DNA from: Azolla caroliniana
Lineage: Eukaryota; Plantae; Polypodiophyta
Assembly (NCBI GenBank): GCA_043228905.1
Contig: JBHGNT010000022.1
Span: 2,108,001 to 2,172,000 of the forward strand
Direction: 5' to 3'
Length of the DNA: 64,000 bases
Below, piece after piece: positions 35,165 through 47,595 of the stretch. Every line of letters begins with the position of its first letter. Position 1 is the first letter of the stretch. A program made the position numbers and the translations under genes. The notes under the pieces are model-generated. The model had not been told where the DNA came from. It made no database searches and saw only the letters and a list, made by a program, of their open reading frames with translations.

Positions 35165-38100
35165 ATTAGGGTCTAATTATGTGAGTATTGATAAAACCGC
35201 GGAAGATTATATCATATGTGTGTGTGAGCAAGAGAGAGAGGAAGTTACACTTATGAAAAATTAATGGGGGATGATTAACAAGAGTGTAGCTAAAGACCTT
35301 TCTCTATATTAATAAGCATCAAAATCCAATGATACCCACAATGTGGTATATATATACATCTCTTGTGCAAGGGTGCACATGTGCGAGGAGAATATAGGTA
35401 CAAATGTGTAAGTCCTATATTAAATGAACTTGGTAGTGGAGGATCTAGAATGTATCCCCACTTACGTACAAGTACAAGATCCTATTTAAGGGTTTAAAGG
35501 TCAACACTGTAACTAGATTCTATCTAGGTAACTACTAAGTTACGTGGTTAGGGTGAAAGCATGTGAATGGAAACACTATTATAGCTAACATGTAGCTAAA
35601 ATGACCACAACTAAGTAGTTTTTTTTTTAGCTAATTATCAGTGGGAAAATCTTAAAGATACATATAATTTATTATGGGGATAGAAATATTACCATTTATG
35701 GTCCACATTTTAGCTGGTTTTTATTTGAGATCACAATGTCATTCTAATAATCCCTAAAATTGCCAAAATATGCAAATTACATGTAGCTTTTTGCATAGCT
35801 AGTTAGTTATGTCAAGGACACAACTAATTGTTCCCATTCCCATGCTTTCACCCGTTAACTAAATGGCTAAACTTAGTTGAGCTTGATATCTCCACACACC
35901 CCCTCGACCTCAAGTGTGAGGCGTTCGATACTTGGCTTTGCTTTCGGCGTTGTCCGGCTTTCGGTGTCGGCTTTTGTTCAGCTTTTGGCGTTGGCATTTT
36001 CGTGGCAGTTTCGGTTCCTCCCCCTTAAGTCGACGACGAAGGCTTGTAGTGTGAAATGGGCGAAGGAAAATTGCTTCCACCCATCGTGGGTCATGATCCA
36101 CTTCTGTAGAGCTCTCGGGCTCTTGTTAGGACACTACCTTCATCGTGAAGGCATAATCATGGGCCATATACTTGTTGTAGCCGAGCCAAGTGACGAGGTT
36201 CTTCTCTCTAGATGAGCGTCAAAGTTTTTCGCTTGCCGATGTGAGCGCCTTCTTTACTCCGGGTGTCCGCATGATGGGTACACCAAACTCATTGTCTAGT
36301 GAGGGAACCGGCACATCCGAATCAATGTTGTCGAGGTGGTCGACTTCATATTCGGGCATTTTACCTTTGCCTTTGTCCAATACGACCCATAGTCGAGACG
36401 TGCTTGGAATGCTTGAAGGTTGGTGTGGTCGACATAGCTTAGTAGAGCTTGGATGGTCCTTTGGTGAAGGACTTGGCCGAATATTGTCCTTTGCGTTGAC
36501 GTTCAACTCTTCATCGGTCGGGTCGGAGGGAGCCGAATCGGGCTTATACCAAGATGCCGATTCGTCGAAGACTACATCTCGACTCACCTGAATTGCATGA
36601 GTATCCTACGAGGATACATTGCTCTGACTTCACCTCGGCTTCTATCGTTATTCACTCGGGATGTGTACATTCACAATGCTTCCGAACACTTTGAGGTGCG
36701 ACAGAATCGGCTTCCAAGAGCTCGTATGGAGTTAGCTCATGTACTCCATTATTGGTCCATTGATTCATGACATAGATGGCTGTGGATGCTGCTTTGGCCC
36801 AATAGAAATTCGGCATGTGCCGATTCTTTGTTTCGGCTACTCCATTTTGTTGGGGTGTGTGTCGATGCGAAAATTCTCTCGGATGCCTTCACCTTGGAGG
36901 TAGGAAACGAATTCGTCGCAGAAGTACTCCTTCCCTCCATCCGGTTCCTTTTTTGGCTTGGCTCTTGAGCTTTTGGAAGTGGGAGAGCACTTCAATCTTG
37001 TTCTTCATCAGGAAGATCCACGTTTAGCGAGAGTAGTTGTCGATGAAGATGACGTAGTACCGGCATCCTCTGATCATCGGCGTTTGAGCAAGTCCCCATA
37101 CATCTGAGTGGATCACATCGAGGAGGCCTTTGCTTACGTAGCTCTCCTTTGGGAGTGGGAGTCGATGTTGTTTGCTGAGTTGACATGCTTTGCACACTCA
37201 ATCGACTCAAAGGACGGAAGTCCAATGACGACTTCCTTTGATGGTATTGCTCAAAGCCATTGGAGGTTGATGTGGTTGATTCTCTTGTGCCACAACACAA
37301 TTTTCGTCTCGGTTTTGAGAACTTTGGCATACATGGCCGATTTCACCTTGTTTGAATCGAGAATGAACATTTGTTCGTGTCTCCGTCCTCTAGCTATGAG
37401 TTGACTATCTTTTGCTATAAAGAATCCTTCATTGTTGAACCGAACTTGCATGCCTTGCTCCAGGATTTGGCCGACCGAGACCAAATTCTTTGTTATTGTA
37501 GGAATGTGCAAGATATTCTTGATGCAATTGTTTTGGCCATCTAGCTATGAGAAGAACATTTGTCCTTCTGACATCTTGGACTTGGTTCGGGCATGGTTCT
37601 TTTAAACCAATAACATTGATTGGAGGTCGAAGAACGAAGGAGGGTTTTCTCTCACTAAGATAGCCGTCCTTATCGGGTCGAACTGATGTGTGAGGCCGCC
37701 GAAGCATACTTGAACCATCTCGTCTTCGTGGACATTTACGTTGATGGAGCCAAGAGAGTCGCAAATGATCTTAATCTTGGTGGTGTTGTCCGACATGAGG
37801 ATATCTTTTTGTCGTATGTTGTTCAACTCTTGCCAGAGTTGAAGCTTGTGAGCGGTTGTGTTGGCCGCTTCTTTAGGCGTCTTGGCATCTCGAATGTGGC
37901 TAAGCATGTGGTCGTGGACATATGTTGCCAAGCAATACATTACTCGATTTGCTCCTTGCTCCCACGTTGGGTAGTTGGCATTCGTGATGTCGAGTTTTTT
38001 TTTTGAGTGCATCGGTGATGTAGCTCTAATACCCTTGGCCGATTAGGTATTGGTTCATCTTGTACTCCCAAGATGAATAATTGCTCCGGTCTAGCTTTTG

Positions 38101-38332
38101 ACGAGGGAACGAGCTACCCATTTGTGGGTTCATGTTGATGTAGTGTATTCCTTCTTGGATTTTCTTCCTTTGGTCACGTACACGTGGTACATAGCGGCAC
38201 TAGGGTAGTGGATATTCGGATGTGTCATCGGCGTCTCGAACACACAATCATGGAGTCGGGTGGTCTTAGTGGATATACTAAACCACACGCTCTAATACCA
38301 TGTTAATTAGCTAGGGTTAATTAGGGTCTAAT
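35165..38332 (-). mobile_element. Element F: old internally deleted Copia (RT/RNaseH largely lost); its 5' LTR is interrupted by E
   Basis: 3' LTR 35165-35896; PPT from 35897; integrase RDVVFDESASWY; gag fragments 37602-38110; degenerate PBS 38300-38289. The 5' LTR starts at 38301 and shares ATTAGGGTCTAAT with 35165. Confidence 0.8.
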
Positions 38333-38703
38333 TGTTGAGTGAACAAGCTCAACGAGATCCGGATCGGCTAAATAAGCCTGAGCTGGATCGGTATTCGGAA
38401 ACAACCGGCCGGATTGGGGAGACGGATCGGAGAGTCGGATTCGAGTGGGAATCGGAAGCCTAGTAGTAGCCTAGACTACTAGGTAATCATTGTCTCGTAG
38501 TTAGTGTCAATCACACGTAGGAATATTGAAGTACCTGTCAGTACTTCTGTTCGTCCTTTATGGACTTGTATAAATAGTGCTATTCTAGCACATTATATGT
38601 ACAAAGTTTTACAAAGTGTTTTATTTTGAATCTACGTTTACGTTCTGCTCTCCTTGTCTCTCCTGCGTATACTCTCTGTGTATTAAGCTTGTCCATTAAA
38701 CCT

Positions 38704-41700
38704 TGTAGAAAGTAACGTGCGGAAGCAAGTATGAAGACCGAACAGAAGGAAGGAAATTCAGGTTCAATGGAGAGCTTGAGCTTACACGGTATACGCAGGA
38801 GAGACAGAGAGAAGACACAAAAAGCTATATTCAACAATAATACTCAGTTTGTACATAAGACGTGCTCAGTGAACATTTTTATACAAGTCCTAGAAGGACT
38901 GACCGAAGTACTGACAGTACTTCAATGCTCATCAAGAGCTCCTACACTAACTCCCAAATATATTCCTCACGGAATATCTTTCCTAACGACCTCCCGGTGT
39001 ACGCACTCGGCCTAACCGATTGGTCCCAACCGATCCGGTCCTCGGCTTCTTCAGCCAAACCGGCCGATGTTGAGCTTGTCTCTCAACACTCCCCCTCAAG
39101 CTCAAGTCGAGGCTCTTCGGGATCCTCGGGCTCACAGCTCCGGTTCCTCCTGGCTTCACGCCTCGCTCGTGCTCCTCGACTTGTTCGACTCCGCGCGCTT
39201 CGACCCTTCCGGTCGGCTCGTCTGCTCATGCGGCCCTTATCAGCTCTTCTGCTGTTGCGGTGTCGACACTTCTTCTACTGCCTTTTCTTCCGCTTGGGCC
39301 TCGGTTGATTCAACGTGTCTGAATCAAACATCCGAACCGACTCGGCTACCTCCGATCGGTTTTCGCTCTCGTCCGAGTTGGTTGTCTCCAACTCGTCTTC
39401 GGTCTTCTCGCCTTCGATGGCGTCATCTTCCCCATGCGTGGTTGGCTTCGGCTCTCTCCTTCGGTTGCTCCCCTTCTATCTGCTTCCGAACTTTTCCGCG
39501 GGTTCGCCCTCGGCTTCTTCAGCCGATCCGATGTCGAACTTGTCAACCGACTCGGTGTCGCGGTGTCCGCTCCTTTCCTGCTGCCTTGCTTGGTCGTTTG
39601 GGACTGTTCTCCCCCTCAAGTTCGGCACGTCGAGGTGACGCAACCCGAGCGCACCTGAGAATTGCCGCAACTTGTCCAGACCAAGAGGCTTGGTGAAGAT
39701 GTCGGCAGCCTGCCGATCCGTCAGAACGTACTGAAGTTCGATTTCACTGGAAAGGACACGCTCACGGACAAAATGGTAGTGCACCTCAATGTGCTTGGTC
39801 CGTGCGTGGAAGACGGGGTTCTTCGCGAGTTGGATGTTGCTGAGGTTGTCGGAGTAGATCGTCGTTGGATCGGACACCTCCTCTCGCAGGTCCTTAAGTA
39901 GCCGCTTCAACCATATGGCTTCGCATGTCGCGACAGCCGCTCCTCGGTACTCGGCTTCGGTGCTCGACAGTGCAACTGTCGGCTGCTTCTTACTGCTCCA
40001 CGCGATCGCGGCACTCCCGAGGGAGAACGCGTATCCAGACGTGGATCGGCGATCGGCGGCGTTGCCAGCCCAATCAACATCTGTGTAGCCGACTAACCAC
40101 GTGGGTGCACCGGTCCGATATAGCAGTCCCCGGTCCTTAGTGCCGTTGACATACCGAAGTATGCGTTGCGCACACTGAAGGTGCTCCTCGGTAGGTCACA
40201 CCATGAACTAACTGATCACCCCGACCAGATAACTGAGGTCGGGTCGGGTGATGGTCAAGTATATAAGGCTTCCGACAAATTGTCGGAACCTCGTCGGGTC
40301 GCATACCTTTCCCGTATCGGGACGAAGCTTGACGGTTCTGTCCAGAGGAGTCGAGATGGACTTACAGTCGGCCGTCCCGAATTTGAAGAGCATACTCAGC
40401 ACGTAATGACGTTGGCTGATCAATATGCCTTCGGGGGTACGGATCATGTCGATCCCAAGGAAGTAATGAAGGTCTCCGAGATCCTTCATGTCGAACGATG
40501 CCGCAAGCTGGAGCTTCACGCGGTCGATTTCACCTAGGTCGGCGCTAGTGATGACCAAGTCATCAACATACAGTAAAATACTAACCGGTCCGAGTCGACC
40601 TTTCCGGATGAACAGGGAAGAGTCCGATTTTGACGTGACGAAGCCCAACTGACGCAATTGTTGCATGATCTTCGCGTTCCAGGCACACGGGGCTTGCTTT
40701 AGTCCGTAAAGGGACTTCATCAGTCGGCATATTGCCGAGGAGTTCGTTCCAGAGTGAAATCCGGGGGGTTGTACCATGTACACCTGTTCCTCAAGGTCAC
40801 CTTGCAGGAACGCATTCTTTACATCCATCTCATGTAGGTGCCACCCCTTGGCCGCGGCTACTGCGAGCAAAACACGGACGGTCGTCATTTTCGCGACCGG
40901 CGCAAACGTCTCATCGTAGTCGATGTCGTGTTTTTGCGCGTAGCCCTTTGCCACTAGCCGAGCCTTGTACTAGTTGACCGAGCCATGGGTGTTGTACTTG
41001 ACTTTGTACACCCATCTACAACCGATCGGCTTCACACCCTTCGGTGCGTCAACCAGGTCCCAGGTCTCGTTCTCCGCCAATGCGTGCATCTCTTCCTCCA
41101 TCGCGGCGCGCCAATTCGCGTCCTTCGCCGCTTCTGCGTAGCTCTCCGGCTCACGCACTTCCGCTACACGGGTCATGTACGCATAATGATGCGCCATGTA
41201 CTCGTTGTATCCGAACCGCAAAATAGGATTCTTCTGGTGGGTAGATCGGCGTAATCTCACATTAGCCGATGTCGACGCCTTCTCAATTGACGCGGCCTTC
41301 ACCTTTAAATACCCTTCACCGGTTCCCTCGGAGTCGGACTCGCGTCGGTCTGACTCGTTCCTATCCGTGCCAGAATCTGGCACTTTCTTCTTCCCTTTCT
41401 GTTTGCGCGTAAGCCGTTTTCTCGGCCTCCTGGGCGGGGAATGCACGGACGAGTCTCCACTACTCGCTGGCTCTTCATCGGATTGGTCGTACCGACTTAG
41501 GCGTCCAATCGGTCCACTTAACCGGAGTGAAATCGGACTCTCTTCGCGGGTCTCGATTTTATGCTCATTCAGAGGCATCTCGGCCTCGCTGACCTCATCG
41601 TCAGAACTCGGATTGGAGTCTAGGTTCGTAGTCGGGGGCAGGTACTAGGACGCGGACTCGTCAAACACCACGTCGCGGCTGACACGCGCTTGTTTGGTGC

Positions 41701-44365
41701 GAGGGTTATAGCACTTATAACCCTTCTGCTCGTCCGAGTAACCGACCAAGATGCATTTCTCGGCCTTTTCGTCCAGCTTCCTCCTTTTCTCCTTTGCTAT
41801 ATGCACATACGCAATGCTACCGAACACCCTCAAGTGTCGCAAGTTCGGCTTCGTTCCGAAATATAGCTCGTGCGCCAACACTTTGTCTCCGATCCGGTTT
41901 TGGATGTATACCGCGGTCCTTACCGCCTTGGCCTAGTAGAACTTGGGCAAGCTCTTCTCCTCCAGCATTGCCCATGCCGCTTCCACAACTGACCGATTCT
42001 TTCTCTCGGCCACGCCGTTCTGCTCTGGCGTGTATCTACAACTGAATTCGCGGCAAATTCCCATTTGTTGTAGGTAACCGTTGAATTGACCGGAAAAGTA
42101 CTCTTTCCCGCCATCCGACCGCTAGCACTTGATCTTTAGTCCCGTTTCGGCTTCTACGAACCCTTTGAGGTCCCGGAAACAGTCGAAGACTTCGCTCTTC
42201 CTCTCAATGAGGTAGATCCACGTGTGCCGCGTGTGGTCGTCGATGAAGGAGACGAAATATCGGCTCCCGCCAAGACTAACGTTTTGTGCCGGTCCCCATA
42301 CATCGGAGTGTATTAGGTCGAGCTTATTCCGGGTCCGGTTTCGCTCGTTGGGGAAAGGAAGTCGGTGTTGCTTCCCGAGCTGGCAAGCTTCACAAATTTG
42401 TGCCTTTCGGCCACTAAAATTGGGCAATCCGAACACTACCTGTTTCGATTGCAGATCTTGAAGCCGTTGGTGGTTGACGTGGCCTATCCGCTTGTGCCAC
42501 AAGTCGATGTCCGACTCGGTCTTTTGTCCCTTCGCGAACATTGCGGTGCCGCCGTCAGTGGAGTCGAGGATGAACATCCTCCCGTCTCTGCGCCCTTGCG
42601 CAATCACACGGCCTTCTTCCTCAATGAAGCACCCGAGGTGTGTAAACCGAACCTCCATCCCTTGGTCGACGATCTGTCCGACTGAGACCAAGTTTTTCGT
42701 GATTGTCGGAACGTGCATCACGTTCATGAGTTTCCCTTTCTGCCTGACATGGCTAAGGGGAACTTCTCCGACATTCGCGATTGGATGTGGAGTGTCGTCT
42801 CCTGTTGCGACTACTCCAGGTTGTATCGGTTTTTCAAGGTACGAGAACCACTCCTTATGGCTCGTCATGTGGTTTGACGTGCCGGAGTCTACGTACCACA
42901 CCTCGTCCGATCTCGGGGTGGTCTGCTTCATTGAGTTTGCTTCGTGTCTCGTCACGAAGGCAGTTCCTTCTCCGGCTCTCCCAGGGTCTTCGGCGTAGTG
43001 CGATCGCTGCCGATTTCCCTTGTCGGTATGTCTGGAGCCGTTCCCGGAACCAGTTCTCTCTGAATCGGCGCGCTTCTTCCAGCACTCACTTTCCTTGTGG
43101 CCTTTCTTGCCACAGTACCAGCACTCCGCGATGGACTTCCCTTGCCGGTTCTCATCACTTCGACTCCCCCTGTTTCCGGAGGGTCCAGAGTTGTTGTCGG
43201 CATCACTTCGGTGCCTTCTTTCTTGATCTCGTCGGCTGCCTCCATTGCGTGCCGACTCGCCTCGTCCTCCACGTCCACGGGGACTATCTCCCTCCGTGTA
43301 CAACATTCTGTTGTTGGTGTGCGTGCTTGTAGACGCACCCGCGTGGTTCTCCTCTACCAGGAGCATCGACTGTAAGTCAAAAAAGGACGACGTATTCTCT
43401 CGGGTACACACAGCCGTTCAGAACGCTCCGAACTTCGACGCCAAACCTCCGAGACAGATCTGGACCATCTCGCTCTCCTCGATGTTCACCTCTATGGAGG
43501 CAAGGGAGTCGTAGATATCCTTGATCTTCGAGGTATAGTCCGCCACCGACAAGTCGCATTGTTGTAGGTTGCTCAACTCCTATCGGAGCTGAAGCTTCCT
43601 GGCTGTGGTGCTCACGACGAAGATCTTCTTCAGATTTTCCCACGCACCCTTCAACGTCTTTGCATCCCCAACATAGCTCAATAGTTGTTCGCCCACACAC
43701 GACGTGAAGCAGTATAATACCCCGCTCGCCGATTGCTCCCACGACGGAAAGTCTCTGTGTGTCGATTCGGGTGCCGCGCCATTAACTCCTTCGACATAAC
43801 TCCAGTAGCCGTGCCCGAGCAGGTACTGGTGCATCTTGTAGGACCAAGACGCGTAGTTGGTTCTGTCGAGCTTCTCTGTTGGAAGCGAGCTCGCCATGCC
43901 TCTATCCATCGTTCTTCTTGTTCTTCTTCGTCAAGCTGTTTTGGCTGTAGAGAGGTTCTCAACCCTCGCGCTCTGATACCATGTAGAAAGTAACGTGTGG
44001 AAGCAAGTATGAAGACCGAACAGAAGGAAGGAAACTCAGGTTCAATGGAGAGCTTGAGCTTACACGGTATACGCAGGGAGACAGAGAGAAGACACAAAAA
44101 GCTATATTCAACAATAATACTCAGTCTGTACATAAGAAGTGCTTAGTGAACATTTTTATACAAGTCCTTGAAGGACTGACCGAAGTACTGACAGTACTTC
44201 AATGCTCATCAAGAGCTCCTACACTAACTCCCAAATATATTCCTCATGGAATATCTTTCCTAATGACCTCCCGGTGTACGCACTCGGCCTAACCGATCGG
44301 TCCCAACCGATCCGGTCCTCGGCTTCTTCAGCCGAACCGGCCGATGTTGAGCTTGGCTCTCAACA
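38704..44365 (-). mobile_element. Element A2: full-length degenerate Copia of the A1 family, inserted in the 5' LTR of E
   Basis: LTRs 38704-39088 and 43982-44365; TSD AACCT (38699-38703 / 44366-44370); PBS 43981-43970; PPT 39099-39089; gag ATG at 43897. Confidence 0.94.
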
Positions 44366-44934
44366 AACCTTCATCTTATTCTCTATTGCTATCTGGCTGA
44401 GCCGGTTCTGTCTAACGTTTCCGCACGTTAACATTCACATGGTATCAGAGCACGAGGGTTGAGTGTTATTCTCTGACCGGACAAGGCCTAACACAAGGTG
44501 TCACGGAGACACTTCACCAAAGGGTGATTACGGCATAGGATTATGACTCAACGATTACACCGACTTAAGTAGGTTACACGATTAGAGCGCTTTGGTTAAT
44601 TACACGCGTAAGATATAACAGTAAGTACACAACGGAAATCAACACAGAAGTATAAACACCATACGCTCTATTAATTATCCGCTGCGATTACAATGGGGTC
44701 CGGGCCTTTAAATAGGTTTCCGGCCCGTAGTACAAAACAGTGCCTATCGCACCTATTCGGGATCCGTCCGGATCTGGAACGGCATATCGTTTCCAGTCCA
44801 TCCGTCCACACTATGCTTATTTACAACCATACTTAATTAATTCCTTCACTCCGTATTTTGGACTCCTTGCCGGCCGGTAACACATGGCACGCCCATGGGA
44901 CAGTACCTTGTACGTCGAACCCTTCTCGGCCCCT

Positions 44935-47595
44935 TCATTGTTCACCCAAATTGTCCAAAATACTTTGTTCCAGATTTTCCAATTGTTCTTCCGGTTGTGG
45001 TTGTTGCGGCTGTGCTTGCTGCTGCTGCTGTGGTTGCGGTTGGGACTGAGACTGCTCCGGCTGCTCTATAGGCGGCTGCTCCGTTTGTTTCTCTGACTCC
45101 GGCATCTCCGTTTGACTGCTTCCGGTTCGGTCTCCTTCCAGTAACGGTTCCTCATCACTGAGGTTGACCGTAACCGGTTCTCGTGCTTTCTCTTCCCGGA
45201 TCCGGGACCTCTCGTAGCTTTCAAACTGGATCTGCGCCTCTAGCCTGTCGTCGTCCAGCTGAGCTACAAGTTGCCGGACTTGCCCTAGTTGGTCCTCTGC
45301 CAAGGCTTGAAAGTCTTCGGCCAACTCATCTCTTATGCCGGTGAAGTCTTCGGAAGTCAGCATATAGCAATCATCTCCCTCCTTCCGCCGGTTCTCTACG
45401 TCGGCCCGGAGCAATTGGAGTTCCGCCGCGTTCGTGGCCCACTTGGTCCACCATTTGACGGAACCGTTGTCAATCAAGCTCTTGGTCTGGTTCAACCAGG
45501 CCCGCATGATATCCTGGATGCGACTTGCTCCCATTTGCGCTCTACTTTCCACAACTTGTCGTTCCTCCTTCAACTGCTTGATGAGATTAGCCGTATCCTC
45601 CGCCTGCTCTCTGTAGCGCGTCAGCTGCCCTTGATATGTTGTTTGCAGCCTCTGCAGTACCTCCGCCGCTCTTTCTTTTTCCGCCTGCTGTTGCCTGAGG
45701 AGCTCTATCCGAACCTTCTCCGCCTCTTCCAACCGTCTTCTGGTTTCCGCTTGTTCATTAGCGTATGCCGTTGCGGTCCGATCAACTGCTTGCCGGAGCT
45801 CATCCGTCCGTTCCTTGTGCTCCGTTTGCAACCGTTTATACTCCCGGTGCAAGTGCTCAAATTCCTCCGTTTTTTGTTTGAGCTTGCCGTTGATCTGGCG
45901 ATGGTTCCGGTCCTCCCGGTCCTTTAGCTGCCGGAGTTCCTCTTTCAGGCGCTCTACTTCTGTTTCGGCATTTCTCCGGAGCCTGTCCTTCTCTTGCAGC
46001 ATTTTCTCCTTCTCCTCCTTGAGCCGGTCGTACGCTTGGTGGCCTTTTCGTAAGCTCTCCTCGGCCCGGCGTAGATTCTCAGCAGTCTTTTTAAGTTCTG
46101 CCTCCGCTGCCGTCTTCAACTCTCTTTCGCGGCTCCTCAGCGCTTCTTGGGCAGCTAGCTCATCCTTTAAGTCCGAAGCTCTTGGGCTTGTGCCGCATTT
46201 CTCTCCGGAACGGTTTCCGTTGCCGGGGTTTGATTGCTATGTACAGGTTGATCTGACGCTTTATTCTGTACATTGCCTGGAGTCACCGGTGCTTGGACTT
46301 GTGTTGTCAAAGCCAATTGAGCCATTTCCCTTGTGACCCTGTCCAAGTCTTGTTCAAGGCTCCGGATTCTGGACCGGGCCGTCTCTAGATCTACGGTTGT
46401 GACGAGCAACCGTTCGTGGTGCGCTCTCTCCTCCGCCTCTATGTACTCGACCGCTCCGGCGATCTGCTCGCCTACCCACCGTAGCCACATGCTACTGGTG
46501 CCTTGCTGCTGTACTGGTCGGGTTGGCTCGTTCACTGTGGAATTGTCTGGCCTGAGTGCCTGTATCTGCCGTTCTGGTTCTACTTCTTGGCCACTGTGTG
46601 CTGGCTGGGCTCGCCGGCCGTTGAGTTCCGGTTCTCGCCGTCTCCGGAGCCGTTGGAATGCCTTCTTGTATAGAAGTCGACAAGGCCGGTTCTATACGCA
46701 CCGGTTCAGGTTCCTCCCTTGCGGTTTGCTCAGGTTGAGTTGGGGGCGTTTCTTCCTTTTGCGGGTCCGAACGCTCCCCCGTTGTCCCGGCGGTCCTACT
46801 TCTTGACCGTCGTTGGAGGTGCTCTACTGGCTCCTCCGTTTCCTCTTCCTGGGTAACGGCATGTGCCGTCAAGGGTTCCGGTTCCTTCTGTCCCGGTCGC
46901 CGTATGGTTATCTTAACGGGTAGGACCGGTGACACCTCCTCTGGTTCTGGGAGCCGTTTCTTCCCTTTCGTCGCCTTCGACGCCAGCAGCTGCTGTCGTT
47001 TGGACGCGGGCTTCGAGGTGCTTCCTTCCGATAATCTTGGCCGCTTCTTTGGCTGAACGGTCTCGACCGGCGGCACGAGCAATGTTATCCACTGAGCTAC
47101 GGCATGCCACAGCTTCCGGCCCTCCTTGCCGTCCTTTCCTCGTACCATGTCGATTGCCGCGCACAAACCGTCTGCAATCAACACCGGCCAGTCCACCTTG
47201 ATCCCTTCATAGGTGGCTATGATCATCCCTACCCGATTTTTTGGCATGACAGGGGGTCGGGGGTACACGTGGCCGTACTCATGGAGCACTCGAGCTATCT
47301 CCCTGAATAGCGGATCTTCGCCGCCCTACGTTCGATAGCCTTTGCCGGCTAGAGAGTACTCACCGAAATATCGGATGAGTTGCTCCGAGGTTGGGTTATC
47401 GATCTGAAAAATACCTCCCTCCGGAAGGCCTGTTAGCGCACGGATCGCTTCCTCGGTGATGACTTCTGTGTCGAGCTCCTTGATGACCCGATCGGCTTCT
47501 TTGTGCGGTGGTGCCTCCATGATGGTCAAGAACCCATCCAGTCCGTGTTGCCTGAGCCATTTCCTGGCCGCTTCCGACAGCGTTTGTGGTTCCAT
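44935..47595 (-). pseudogene. Extra ORF of D: PMD/transposase_32-like N-terminal domain, low-complexity linker and long coiled coil; one stop (47326) and about two frameshifts
   Basis: MEPQTLSEAARKWLRQHGLDGFL..ITEEAIRALTGLPEGG..KVDWPVLIADGL. ORFs 47326-47895 and 46492-47289 share a frame. The 394-aa E/K/R/Q-rich coiled-coil ORF is 44935-46119. Confidence 0.65.
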
